In this document: piece after piece, positions 22,753 through 31,967 of the stretch | Position numbering within the stretch: the stretch's first letter is position 1 | How the letters are laid out: each line of letters begins with the position of its first letter | Assembly: GCA_014534415.1 (NCBI GenBank) | Contig: JACVRM010000001.1 | Coordinates: 1 to 35,174 of the forward strand | DNA from: Thermoleophilia bacterium | GTDB taxonomy: Bacteria > Actinomycetota > Thermoleophilia > Gaiellales > Gaiellaceae | DNA length: 35,174 bases | Direction: 5' to 3' | Notes under the pieces: model-generated | What the model was told of the DNA's origin: nothing | Database searches by the model: none | The model's input: only the letters and a program-made list of their open reading frames with translations | Position numbers and translations under genes: made by a program

Positions 22753-25700
22753 CTAGCGGGCGTAGAGCCCGATGTTGTCGAACGTGACCGTCCCGGCGGT
22801 TGCGAAGTCGGTCGGCGCGAAGCCGGTCAGCACGATCCGGATCTCCGCGACGCCGATCGGGATCGCCACCGCCTTTTCGAGGTCGGCGAAGCCGTTCGTC
22901 GCCAGGGGTGCGGTGAGCAGCTTGACCGTGTCGAGCACCTGCCCGGTTGCACTCAGGTAGGCGAGGCTGACGGCCGGGGCCGACGAGGCGCCGATCGCGT
23001 TCACCGAAGCGGTTACGTCGTAGGTCGCGCCGCCGGTGACCGCGATGGGAGCGCTCGTCCAGCTCGGCGAGCCGTGCACGGCCGCGTTCCCGCCCGAACC
23101 CTGCATCTGAGCGCCATGAGAACCGTCCGAGCCGCCGCTCGAGGTGTAGGACGTGGTGCCGGCGCCGGTGCTCTGACTCGACCAGCTCTCCGGAGCGGTG
23201 CCGGCCGCGTTCTGCGTCTCGAAGTCGCCGTTCTCGACCTTGTTCCCCTTGACCTCGACCGTGCGGGTCGCCGAGTTGTTGTTCTCGTTCTCCTCGGCGA
23301 CGAGACCGGTCTTGTCGGCCGTGGCCTTGATCTCATGCTGACCCTTCACGTTGCGGGTGTCCCAGACGATCGCCACCTCGGTCGACGCACCCTTCGCCAG
23401 CGCAGCGGTGTTCGCGAGCCCGAGCACGTTCGTGCCGTCGAGCAGGAACTCGGTTTTCGACGCGGGTGCGATTCCCGGGCCGGCATTCTGGATCGTCGCG
23501 GTGACCTTGACCTTCTCGCCCTCGCGGCCCTTCTGCTGGGCGACGACGAGGTTCGTCACCTGGAGGTCGGGGCCGAGCACCGTCACGGTCACGGTGGCGG
23601 TTCCCGTGAGCCCCTGGGCGTCGGTCACGGTCAGCGTCGCCGTGTAGCTACCCCTCGCGGCGTACGCGCGCGTGACGCTTTGCCCCGTCGCCGTCGGCGA
23701 GCCGTCGCCGAAATTCCACCGGTAGACCAGCTGATCGGCGGGCGTGCTGTCGTCGAAGGAGCCGGCAGCGTCGAACGTGACGGGCTCCCCGGTCCCGGCC
23801 GTCTTCGGCGTGGCGCTGGCGACCGCCGTGGGCGCAGCGTTGACGACGCCGGTGGAGTACTTGAACACCGCACAGCCGGCACCGGCCGTGATCCTCGCGT
23901 TCGCGGTCAGGTCGGAGGGCAGCGCCTCGCTGTTGGCCGTGTGGCCTGCCATCCCGAGCACGTCCAGCGTCAGGCAGCCGTAGTCGAAGTGCCAGAGGCC
24001 GTCGGGCGACGAGTCGTCGTTGAAGTTGTCCACCCAGCCGACGTCACGGAAGCGGCTGTCGCCCGTCGCGGTCGTGAAAGCGGCGTCGCGACACCGGAAC
24101 GGCGTCAGCACACCGGGCTCGGGGTGCGTCTCCTCGATGTTGTTTCCGCAGTCGTACCTCGGCTGCGGCCTCGAGTCGATGTAGTGCTGCCGCGGCGGCT
24201 GCGGCCCGCCGTTGTTGCCGTAGCCGCGCACTTCGTCGGTGTACTCGACGAGCACCCCCGGGTCCCAGCCGATCGCGCCGCGGTCTGACTGGCCGCGCCC
24301 GTTGAAGTCGAAGCCGGAGCGGTCACGCAGCTCCAGGTAGTAGGCGTGGTCGAGCGCGGACGGCTCGTCGGCCTTGATGCGGCTCCAGCCGTCCGTGCAC
24401 TTGGCGGCCACCTTCATGCCCTCGTTGCAGCCGCCCGGGAAGAGGCGCAGCTCGTCCTCCTCCGAGAAGTCGCTCGAGTAGATGACCTGGTTGCCGGCCT
24501 TGATCTCCAGGTCGTCGATGAACCAGCCCGGCCGATCCAAACCAGGGTCGGTGAAGTAGGAGAAGCGCAGCACCACCCCGCGCTTGCCCGCGTACGAGGA
24601 CAGGTCGTACTGGTCCGCGATGAACGGCGAGCCGCTGTCATAGCTGTCCTCGCCGCGGTCGACCGCGACTCGCGCCGGGCCGCCGGCGGCCGCGCCGCTC
24701 GTGCCGGTCAGGCCGTTGTCGAAGTTGTTCAAGCACGCGGAGTTGTGCGGGTTGACGGCCTTGGAGGTCGTGTAGCCCCGCTGCGAGGCGAGCGACGAGT
24801 AACTCGTCCCGTCGGTGCTCGCCAGCACGAACCCGTAGTCGAAGTCCCACTCGATGTCCCAGCTGGACTTGAAGCTGACCGTGATCGGCGTGCCCTCGGG
24901 CACGAATTCCAGCTCGGGCAGGTTCACGTCGAGGTTGTGGCCGGCCTTGGGGGCGCAGCCGAAGTCGTTGCCACGGCCTGACCACCACACGTAGGGCGCC
25001 GAGGCCTGCGTGCGCACCTTCTCGGGATCGATGATCAGACGCGGAGGCAGCTTGAGCGCGTACGCCTCGGAGTTGTGGATGTTCTGGTCGCCGTTCGCCG
25101 CCGAGAGCGTGTAGGCCTGCCCGCTCGGCGTCTGCCACTCGATCTTGCCCGTGTCGTTCTTGATCTCCTCCCAGTCGGACACGTTGCGCGTCTCGCCCGG
25201 CTGGAGGAACTTGGGGACGACCCAGCCGAGCTCTTGCTTCGAGAAGATCGTCATGTGCTGCGAGTAGTCCGCAGCCATCAGGTTCCAGTCGTTGTACGCC
25301 GAGTAGCCCGCGTAGTAGTCCGGCAGTCCGAGGTGATGGCCGTACTCGTGCGCGATCACGCTCGCGTGGTCCATCGCGTCCTCGGGGTTGATGTTGTACG
25401 GACCGACCCGTACGTGCACCGGCAGGCTGTCGCGACCGGTGCCACCGTTCGCCCGACAGTCGGCGAACTCGGCGTAGCTCTCGTTCTCCCAGCACTGCGG
25501 GACGCCCTCCAGGTCCGTCAGCTGGTCGTCCGAGACGTAACCCGCCAGGCCGGTGACCGGATCCTGGTACGAGTTCTCGAGCGACGAGGAGTGCGGCCAC
25601 GGGTTGTCGTAGGGCACGCCGTCCTCGCAGAAGATCGTCCCGAGCTGCGAGCTTCCGTTGCCGCCGCAGCCGGCGAACACGACCATCGTGAAGTCGACGA

Positions 25701-27516
25701 GGCCGTCCTTGTCTGAGTCGAACTGGTTGTAGTCGATCTCCGGGTCGGCGATCTGAACCGCGTCGTAGATCATCTTGCTCGTGTCGCCGCAGGCCTCGTC
25801 GATGGCGATCGTCGTCGCGGTGAACACCGGGAAGTCGCCGCCGTAGTACTCGGTGTCGCCCGGCAGCTGGTACCAGCCGTCGCGGATGCGGTCGGGATAG
25901 ACCGGCGTCCCGTAGAGCTCCTTGGTGTTACCCAGCGTGGCGCCGCGGCACGTCGGCTTCTTGACGTCGCGCTCGGTGAAGCGGAAGCCCGGCTCGTATT
26001 CGAAGTTCGCCGCCGCGATGTCGGCCGACGGAACGGTGCCGTCCGGGAAGAGCTGCCCGAAGGACATCTCCTGGTAGAGGTTGAACGTCGAGCCGGCGAA
26101 GTCGGGCGAGTTGACGACCGTCTCCAGGCGCTGGCCGCTGTGGCGCGACTTGTGCTTACGATCGCGGAAGTCGACCGGGATCATCGGGAACGGCTTGTCG
26201 CCGTATCGCGCCGTCTCGAACCCGCCGGTGGGGGGGATGACCTTCGGGCCGTGGCTGTCGGAGCGCAGCGCACCCGCGAGGCCGTCGTACGTCATCGAAG
26301 CGGTCGACGACAGGTCCTTCCACACGATGCGCGCGTCCTCGGTCGTGGTCAGCGCTCGGCCCTCGGCGACGAGGGTCGCCGTCTCGCCGGCCGCGACCGT
26401 GGGGATGTCCCAGCGGATTGTCCCGCTCGTGACCGTGGCCGAGCCAGAGGCGGCGAGTGGCTTCGCGCTGAGGAACCTGGCGCCGGGCGGCTGCGGTATC
26501 GAGACGGCCACGTTGTTCTTCGCCGCGTCTGAGAAGTTCTTGACGAAGACACGGAACGGGTACTTCTCGCCGGGCTTGACCCACCCGGTCGAGGAGACGA
26601 ACTTGTTCTCGAGCAGCAGCGTCGGGGCCGCGGCGGCGAGCACGACCGGGCCGGCGCCCTGACCGCTCCACTCGCCGGACGTCTGCTGGCTTCCACCGTT
26701 GCCGACGAACGGCGTCGCATCGGTGTAGGTCGCGGTCGCGCGGACGCCGAGCGTCAGCCTGTAGTTCGTGCCCGCACCCGGGTCGAGATTCGCCGTCGCC
26801 GAGCCCGGGAAGCTCGCCGCGAACGCGCCGGTCTCATCTGCCTGGACGCTCACGGGGCCGGCGAGCTGCGTCCCGTCGGGTGCGTGAAGCGTCAGCTCGA
26901 GCGATGCCGGCACCGGCGTGCGCTGGTCGGCACCGCAACCCACGCAGGCAAGGCTGTCGTACTCGACGACCGTTCCGGTCACGTCGACCGACTCACCCGG
27001 CGCGAACGACTCCTCGGTCGCCTTGAGGTCGATCTCGAGCGGGTTCAGCACGAACGTCGCCTGACCGCTTCCCTCGTCGGGAGCGGCCACCGAGGCGCGA
27101 ACCGTGATCGTCCCCGGATCCCAGTGCTGTTTCGGGACGATCAGGAAGGCGACGCGGCCGGCCGAGCTCGCCGTCACGTTCTGTGTGTCGACGACGGTGC
27201 CGTCGCTGTCGATGAACTCGACCTTGACGGGCTTGGCCTGCGCGGGAACGATCGAGACTCGCCCCCAGCCGCAGTCCTGCCGCCGCAGCGTGCTCTTTGC
27301 ATAGCCGACGTTGTTCGTGCAGATCGGCTGCGGCTGGATGTCCTCGCGGATGTCCCAGGACGCGAACGTGAACGTCGCGCCGTCGGGTGCTGCTGCACCG
27401 GCGCCCACGAGACAGAGCGGGACAGCGGCAGTGAGAGCAGCCAGCACGGCGACGAGCGTCGCCCGCGACGGGCACCAGCCTCGGCGTACGAAAGAGTTGC
27501 GACCGACTCGCGACAT
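22753..27516 (-). CDS. Secreted multidomain M6 (immune inhibitor A / InhA-like) zinc metalloprotease, 1587 aa, with PKD, CARDB-like and CBM-like C-terminal modules
   Basis: ATG 27516 is preceded by GAGGAGG with a 9-nt spacer. Signal peptide ...ATLVAVLAALTAAVPLCLVGAGAAAP. The zinc motif HEYGHHLGLPDYY (HEYGH at 25336-25350) is diagnostic of family M6. PKD repeat (VYRWNFGDGS...YTATLTVTD, ~23.6-23.85 kb). CARDB-like module (DLQVTNL...ENNENNNSATRTV). The terminal jelly-roll ends TFDNIGLYAR. The track start (27630) adds an implausible leader spanning the promoter. Confidence 0.9.
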   Translation of the reverse strand: MSRVGRNSFVRRGWCPSRATLVAVLAALTAAVPLCLVGAGAAAPDGATFTFASWDIREDIQPQPICTNNVGYAKSTLRRQDCGWGRVSIVPAQAKPVKVEFIDSDGTVVDTQNVTASSAGRVAFLIVPKQHWDPGTITVRASVAAPDEGSGQATFVLNPLEIDLKATEESFAPGESVDVTGTVVEYDSLACVGCGADQRTPVPASLELTLHAPDGTQLAGPVSVQADETGAFAASFPGSATANLDPGAGTNYRLTLGVRATATYTDATPFVGNGGSQQTSGEWSGQGAGPVVLAAAAPTLLLENKFVSSTGWVKPGEKYPFRVFVKNFSDAAKNNVAVSIPQPPGARFLSAKPLAASGSATVTSGTIRWDIPTVAAGETATLVAEGRALTTTEDARIVWKDLSSTASMTYDGLAGALRSDSHGPKVIPPTGGFETARYGDKPFPMIPVDFRDRKHKSRHSGQRLETVVNSPDFAGSTFNLYQEMSFGQLFPDGTVPSADIAAANFEYEPGFRFTERDVKKPTCRGATLGNTKELYGTPVYPDRIRDGWYQLPGDTEYYGGDFPVFTATTIAIDEACGDTSKMIYDAVQIADPEIDYNQFDSDKDGLVDFTMVVFAGCGGNGSSQLGTIFCEDGVPYDNPWPHSSSLENSYQDPVTGLAGYVSDDQLTDLEGVPQCWENESYAEFADCRANGGTGRDSLPVHVRVGPYNINPEDAMDHASVIAHEYGHHLGLPDYYAGYSAYNDWNLMAADYSQHMTIFSKQELGWVVPKFLQPGETRNVSDWEEIKNDTGKIEWQTPSGQAYTLSAANGDQNIHNSEAYALKLPPRLIIDPEKVRTQASAPYVWWSGRGNDFGCAPKAGHNLDVNLPELEFVPEGTPITVSFKSSWDIEWDFDYGFVLASTDGTSYSSLASQRGYTTSKAVNPHNSACLNNFDNGLTGTSGAAAGGPARVAVDRGEDSYDSGSPFIADQYDLSSYAGKRGVVLRFSYFTDPGLDRPGWFIDDLEIKAGNQVIYSSDFSEEDELRLFPGGCNEGMKVAAKCTDGWSRIKADEPSALDHAYYLELRDRSGFDFNGRGQSDRGAIGWDPGVLVEYTDEVRGYGNNGGPQPPRQHYIDSRPQPRYDCGNNIEETHPEPGVLTPFRCRDAAFTTATGDSRFRDVGWVDNFNDDSSPDGLWHFDYGCLTLDVLGMAGHTANSEALPSDLTANARITAGAGCAVFKYSTGVVNAAPTAVASATPKTAGTGEPVTFDAAGSFDDSTPADQLVYRWNFGDGSPTATGQSVTRAYAARGSYTATLTVTDAQGLTGTATVTVTVLGPDLQVTNLVVAQQKGREGEKVKVTATIQNAGPGIAPASKTEFLLDGTNVLGLANTAALAKGASTEVAIVWDTRNVKGQHEIKATADKTGLVAEENENNNSATRTVEVKGNKVENGDFETQNAAGTAPESWSSQSTGAGTTSYTSSGGSDGSHGAQMQGSGGNAAVHGSPSWTSAPIAVTGGATYDVTASVNAIGASSAPAVSLAYLSATGQVLDTVKLLTAPLATNGFADLEKAVAIPIGVAEIRIVLTGFAPTDFATAGTVTFDNIGLYAR

Positions 27517-27568
27517 TCGAGTTGACCTCCTCGTCCAATGACACCACTTTACGTGGAGTCTACGGATG

Positions 27569-27596
27569 ACTATAGCACCACCGGGTAGGGTGTCAA
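27569..27596 (-). promoter_or_regulatory. Promoter of the M6 protease gene with inverted repeat in the spacer
   Basis: Minus strand: TTGACA-CCCTACCCGGTGGTGC-TATAGT (16-nt spacer). The repeat ACACC-N9-GGTGC spans the -35 edge to the -10 edge. It has the same layout as the promoters at 29195-29223 and 34935-34963. Confidence 0.6.
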
Positions 27597-27634
27597 GAAG
27601 CGCCCACGCGAGGAACCCGCCTGCTGGCACAACG

Positions 27635-27663
27635 CAGCAGGCCCGCCGTGGGCGGGCCTGCTG
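27635..27663 (-). terminator. Hairpin terminator downstream of the 479-aa S8 protease gene
   Basis: Minus strand: CAGCAGGCCCGCC-CAC-GGCGGGCCUGCUG, a 13-bp perfect stem, followed by CGUUGUGCC (weak U tract). Confidence 0.55.
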
Positions 27664-27702
27664 TCGGACGAGGAAGTGTCCGGGAGAAGCTGGTTTTCCC
27701 GG

Positions 27703-29142
27703 CTAGCCGCCGATCGCGCGCAGCGCGTCCACGCGGCCGTAGCCGTAGAAGCTGTCGTAGCCGGCGGCGCCGATGTCGACGGAGGTCTCCTTGAGCTTCG
27801 CCTCCACCTGGTCAGGCTTCATCACGACGTCGCCGTCGGGAGCGACCTTGCCGTACCTGCTCACGATCAGCGCCGCCACGCCGGCCGCGTGCGGAGACGC
27901 CATCGACGTACCGTTCGCCGTCAGGTACTGGCTGCCCGGGAACGTCGAATACACCGCCGCCCTGCCGTCGCTCGCGTCGGCATCGCCGCCGGTCGACCCG
28001 TTGCCGCCCGGCGCCGTCACGTCGACCGCGCCGAAGCCGTAGTTCGAGTAGCTCGCCTTCACGCCGTCCGCGCCGATCGACGAGACGCCGATCACGCCGG
28101 GCGTCTGACCCGGGACGACCCTGCAGTCCGCGTACTGCGGGCTGCCGAGATCGAGCCTCGAGTTTCCGAGCGCGGCGACGGGGACGACGCCGCGGCTGCG
28201 CGCGTACGCGATGGCGCGCTCGATGGCCGTGACGGTCGCGCTGTCCTGCGGGTTGCACTCGATGAGCTGCTCGTCGTCGGCGTAGAAGCTCATATTCACG
28301 ACGTCGAGCTTGATGTCGCCCGCGTAGGTGATCCCGTCGACGACGGCGCTCCACCAGCACGCGTACGCCTGGCAGACGGTGACGGGCACGAGCGTGACGT
28401 CCGGAGCGACGCCCACGATGCCGACCCCGTTCGACTGGGCCGCGATGCTGCCGGCCACGTGCGTTCCGTGGAAGCTCGTGTCCGTGCAAGGCAACGGAGC
28501 ACCGACGCCGGGCGTCACCGAGACGCGTGCGCGTGAGCAGTCGACGTTCGACGACCCGCCGAGCACGCCCATGTCGGTGAAGTCCACGTGCGTGCTGTCG
28601 ACACCCGTGTCGAGCACGCCCACGTCGACCGTCCGCGAGCCCGCGTGCCGGGCGTGCGCCTGGTTGGTCCGGATCATCTTCATGTCCCACTGCAGATTCT
28701 CGGCCGGATCGTCGTGCAGGTCGGGATTACTCCGGCGGTTGTCCGACTTCGGCTGGGCGTCGGCGCCCTTCGGCGTGACGGAGCGGTCCTCGCTGACCGA
28801 ATCGATCACGGCGTAGCCGCCCGTCACCGCGTACTCCTGCACGAGCTGCGCGAAGTTTCCGTTCGCCGACTCGGCCACGATCACGCCGATTTGCTTGCTC
28901 AGGTCGTTCGTGATCGTGCCGCCGGCGGCCTGGACCGCGTAGACGGCGTACTGATGCGTGACGGCGTAGACGGCGTAGTCCGAGCCGACGGCGTACCCAT
29001 CGGTCACCGCGTAGTCGCCGTCCAGCGTGATGATGTAGCGCTTCGTATCGACCGCGTAGCCGCTCGCGGAGCTCAGCGTGAGACCACCGAGCGCCACCGC
29101 AGCCACGAGAACGGCCAAAAGAAGGCGGTGTAGGCGTAGCAT
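27703..29142 (-). CDS. Secreted S8 (subtilisin-like) serine protease, 479 aa, with YAV-repeat-containing propeptide
   Basis: ATG 29142 is preceded by GGACGAGGAGG. Signal peptide MLRLHRLLLAVLVAAVALGGLTLSSASG. Catalytic triad contexts VGVLDTGVD, HGTHVAGSIA and GTSMASPHAAG. Confidence 0.9.
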   Translation of the reverse strand: MLRLHRLLLAVLVAAVALGGLTLSSASGYAVDTKRYIITLDGDYAVTDGYAVGSDYAVYAVTHQYAVYAVQAAGGTITNDLSKQIGVIVAESANGNFAQLVQEYAVTGGYAVIDSVSEDRSVTPKGADAQPKSDNRRSNPDLHDDPAENLQWDMKMIRTNQAHARHAGSRTVDVGVLDTGVDSTHVDFTDMGVLGGSSNVDCSRARVSVTPGVGAPLPCTDTSFHGTHVAGSIAAQSNGVGIVGVAPDVTLVPVTVCQAYACWWSAVVDGITYAGDIKLDVVNMSFYADDEQLIECNPQDSATVTAIERAIAYARSRGVVPVAALGNSRLDLGSPQYADCRVVPGQTPGVIGVSSIGADGVKASYSNYGFGAVDVTAPGGNGSTGGDADASDGRAAVYSTFPGSQYLTANGTSMASPHAAGVAALIVSRYGKVAPDGDVVMKPDQVEAKLKETSVDIGAAGYDSFYGYGRVDALRAIGG

Positions 29143-29194
29143 TCTCTTCCTCCTCGTCCGTGGTGTTGCGGCGGCGCTTAAACCGCCACGCCGC

Positions 29195-29223
29195 ATTTAA
29201 CACACCACTGGAGAGGGTGGCAA
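29195..29223 (-). promoter_or_regulatory. Promoter of the 479-aa S8 protease gene with inverted repeat in the spacer
   Basis: Minus strand: TTGCCA-CCCTCTCCAGTGGTGTG-TTAAAT (17-nt spacer). About 40 nt around it match the LVIVD-gene promoter (TCTCATCTTGmCACCCT.....AGTGGTGTGTT). Confidence 0.6.
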
Positions 29224-29279
29224 GATGAGATTTCAGGTCAATCTGATGGAGGTTTGAGCAGCTTTGGCCCGGAAAATCT

Positions 29280-31898
29280 CTACCCGCGTTCGTCGAGCCG
29301 AAGCAAGAACGAGCCGAATGAGCCCGCGCCGCCGCCACCGAGCTTCGCTCGGCTGACGGCGACGTAGTAGCGGCCAGGCGCCGGCGACGGGAGGGTCAGG
29401 ATCTGCGGCGCTCCGCTCGGAGTCGACCCCCGCTCCGCGTTCGCGGACAGATCGGTGACTCCCGGCTGGCTGAACGGATGCGTCGTCGCATCGAGATCGA
29501 GGTCGGCGTCGTAGATGTACAGGTCATAGGTTTCGTCGGACGGGCTGACCGCGTGCACCGAGAAGCGGGCCGCGCTCAAGCCGGCCGCGAGCTCGACCGG
29601 GTAGACGAGCCAGTCGGCGGACGAACCGGTGCCGGCGCTGCCTGCGGCCGACGGCCAGACCGTGTCGCCCTTGGCGAAGACGTCGAGCGCGGAAGCGACC
29701 GACGACTGCGCGCCTGACGAGACTCCGGCGACGCGGTTCGCGTCGTGGAGCGGCACCGACGCGAAGACGGGGATCTCGAGCACCTGCCCGTTCGACACCG
29801 TCGCGACGACGGTGCCGCTGTACGAGCCTGGTACCGCGCCGGCAGGCGCGGTGGCGGTGAACGTGACGAGCGCGTCACCCCCCTTCGGGACGCTGGCCCG
29901 AGCAGGCAGTCGGATCGTCCAGCCGCCCTTCCCGGTCGTGATCGGCCGGCTCGTATCCGAGGGCCGGCCGGACTGGAAGGCGAAGCGCACGGTGTGCGGG
30001 CCCTGGCCGGGAGCCGCGTGGAGGACGAACCTCTGGCTCAGCGACGAGCCGGCCGGCAAGACACCCAGCTGCCAGCTGCCCTGGAGGTCTCGCGGACCCG
30101 TGCCGGCTGCATCCCCGCTGCCCGAGGCCGCGCTGTACGCGACGATGCCGCTGCGTAGCGCCTGGATCGCCCGCGTCACGTGCACCTTGCCGGCGCCCTG
30201 CGCGAGCGGCCCGACGAACGGATCGGCGCCGCGGTTGCGCGCCTCGTACAGGGTCAGCGTGCCGAGGAAGAGGTCGATGATCTGCACGCCGAGGCTGCAG
30301 AAACCGAAGAGCAGAACGTCGAGCTCGGGTGCCGGGCAGCTCGTAGACGTAGAGCCGTCGACCGTCAGCATCCACCGCGACTCGTAGAGGCCTGTTTCGG
30401 CCGTGTTCATCAGCGCCGCGCGAACGAGCGCGTGGCTTCGCGCCGGCAGGCCCGTCACTCCCGAGGAGCCCACCGGGCTGGCGCCGTGCTGGGTGCGGTA
30501 GGCCTGAAGCATCAGCGCGGCGACGCCTGCGGTGGCCGGGCTGGCCATCGACGTACCGGTTGCGGTCGCGTAGAGCGGATCGGCGCGCGTCCCCCTGTTC
30601 AGGTCGTTCTGCGTGATCGCAACGCCCTCGACCGCCTGCGGCGCGACGATGTTGTAGCCGGGCGCCGCCAGATCCGGCTTGAGCCACAGATCGCCGGTCG
30701 GGCCGCGCGACGAGAAGGACGAGATCGACGGCGGCTGCGCCCCGCTGCCGGACGCGCACTCCGCGCGGGTCGGCAGCCAGCCGGCGCAGATGTCGCCGGA
30801 CAGCGTGTCGTCGTGGTTGACGTCGTAGTCCTTCGCCGCCGCGGCGACCGACAGGACCTGCGCGGCGGAGCCGGGCGATTCGAGCGCGCTGCCGACGTAC
30901 GGCCCGCTGTTGCCGACAGCCGCCACGATCGTCGTACCGAAGCGCACTGCGAGCCGGTTGGCGACGTAGCTGACGAAGTCCACGTCGCTCCCCGAGTTCA
31001 GCCGGGTCGGACGAGACTCGGAGCCGAGGCTCAGGTTGACCACATCGGCGCCGACCGACTCGCAGCCGAGCGGGCCCGTACCCGCCGGTAGGGCAGCCCA
31101 CTCGAGCGCTGCGACGAGGTCGCTGTTGATACCTGCACCCGCGTCCGTGAGCACCTTGGCGACGGCGAGTTCTGCGTCGGGCGCGACCCCTGCGTAGCGC
31201 CCGTCGTCCGCGGACTCGACCGGCACCCCCTCGCCGGTGCCCGTCGCGATGCCGGCGACGTGCGTCCCGTGTCCGTGGCCGTCCTGCGTCCCGAGCGCAC
31301 ACGTCCCCGCGAGGAAATTGCGGCTGCCGACGACCTTGCCCGGGTTCGGCAGGAGACTCGACCAGTGGCGGAAGTCGAGGTCGTCGAAGTCGGCGTGCAG
31401 GGGATCCAGGCCCGTGTCCAGGACGGCCACGCGCACTCGTGCGCCGGTAATCCCCGCGCTCCACCACGGCTGGGCGCCGACGTCGCCCGTCGTGGCGCGA
31501 GACTGGTCGCCAGGAGGTTCGTGTCCGAGCACCGTGACCGCCTCGACCGGCGTCAGCCACCGGACCCACGGGAGCGCCGCGACGTCGAGGACCGACGCCG
31601 GGGTCGACGCGAGCGCGAACGCGTTCACGGAGCGGTACGCCCGCAAGATGCGCGCTCCGCGCAGCGCGAGCGCAGCCGCGTGGAGCGAGTCGTTCGGCTC
31701 CGAGAGCACTACGAAGTACGCCAGCTCGCCCGGCTGCAGGCCGGCCAGCGTGGCGACCCGGGGATCGGTCGGGGCCGCCCCTGCGACGAGCGCGTCGAGG
31801 CCGCCGCGCAGCTTGCCGGCGTCTGCCGCGCCCGCCGGCGCCAGGCAGAGCGCGGCGACGAGCGTCGCCAGCCCAGCGATGCCGCTGCGTGTCCGCAT
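29280..31898 (-). CDS. Secreted S8 serine protease, 872 aa, with C-terminal pre-peptidase (PPC)-like domain
   Basis: Signal peptide MRTRSGIAGLATLVAALCLAPAGAADA. Triad contexts VAVLDTGLD, HGHGTHVAGIA and GTSMASPATAG. The C-terminus ...DLYIYDADLDLDA...GRYYVAVSRAK...SFLLRL is PPC-like. The RBS is GGACGAAGGAAG. I see no promoter in the 69-nt gap after trmB, so it is probably co-transcribed with trmB. Confidence 0.9.
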   Translation of the reverse strand: MRTRSGIAGLATLVAALCLAPAGAADAGKLRGGLDALVAGAAPTDPRVATLAGLQPGELAYFVVLSEPNDSLHAAALALRGARILRAYRSVNAFALASTPASVLDVAALPWVRWLTPVEAVTVLGHEPPGDQSRATTGDVGAQPWWSAGITGARVRVAVLDTGLDPLHADFDDLDFRHWSSLLPNPGKVVGSRNFLAGTCALGTQDGHGHGTHVAGIATGTGEGVPVESADDGRYAGVAPDAELAVAKVLTDAGAGINSDLVAALEWAALPAGTGPLGCESVGADVVNLSLGSESRPTRLNSGSDVDFVSYVANRLAVRFGTTIVAAVGNSGPYVGSALESPGSAAQVLSVAAAAKDYDVNHDDTLSGDICAGWLPTRAECASGSGAQPPSISSFSSRGPTGDLWLKPDLAAPGYNIVAPQAVEGVAITQNDLNRGTRADPLYATATGTSMASPATAGVAALMLQAYRTQHGASPVGSSGVTGLPARSHALVRAALMNTAETGLYESRWMLTVDGSTSTSCPAPELDVLLFGFCSLGVQIIDLFLGTLTLYEARNRGADPFVGPLAQGAGKVHVTRAIQALRSGIVAYSAASGSGDAAGTGPRDLQGSWQLGVLPAGSSLSQRFVLHAAPGQGPHTVRFAFQSGRPSDTSRPITTGKGGWTIRLPARASVPKGGDALVTFTATAPAGAVPGSYSGTVVATVSNGQVLEIPVFASVPLHDANRVAGVSSGAQSSVASALDVFAKGDTVWPSAAGSAGTGSSADWLVYPVELAAGLSAARFSVHAVSPSDETYDLYIYDADLDLDATTHPFSQPGVTDLSANAERGSTPSGAPQILTLPSPAPGRYYVAVSRAKLGGGGAGSFGSFLLRLDERG

Positions 31899-31967
31899 CT
31901 CGCTTCCTTCGTCCGAGCCGGCGCACGGCCGGTGTGCTCTGAGCCTACTGCGGTTCGGCGCTTTCGC

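Noticed and set aside
27676-28536. Plus-strand 286-aa ORF starting right after GGACGAGGAA, and the 62-aa ORF at 22772-22960 downstream of TTGGACGAGGAG
   Set aside because: The SD-to-start spacing is wrong (about 1 nt and about 22 nt). The products are antisense junk opposite the S8 and M6 coding regions. The SD-like blocks are better explained as 3'-UTR complements of the minus-strand RBS.
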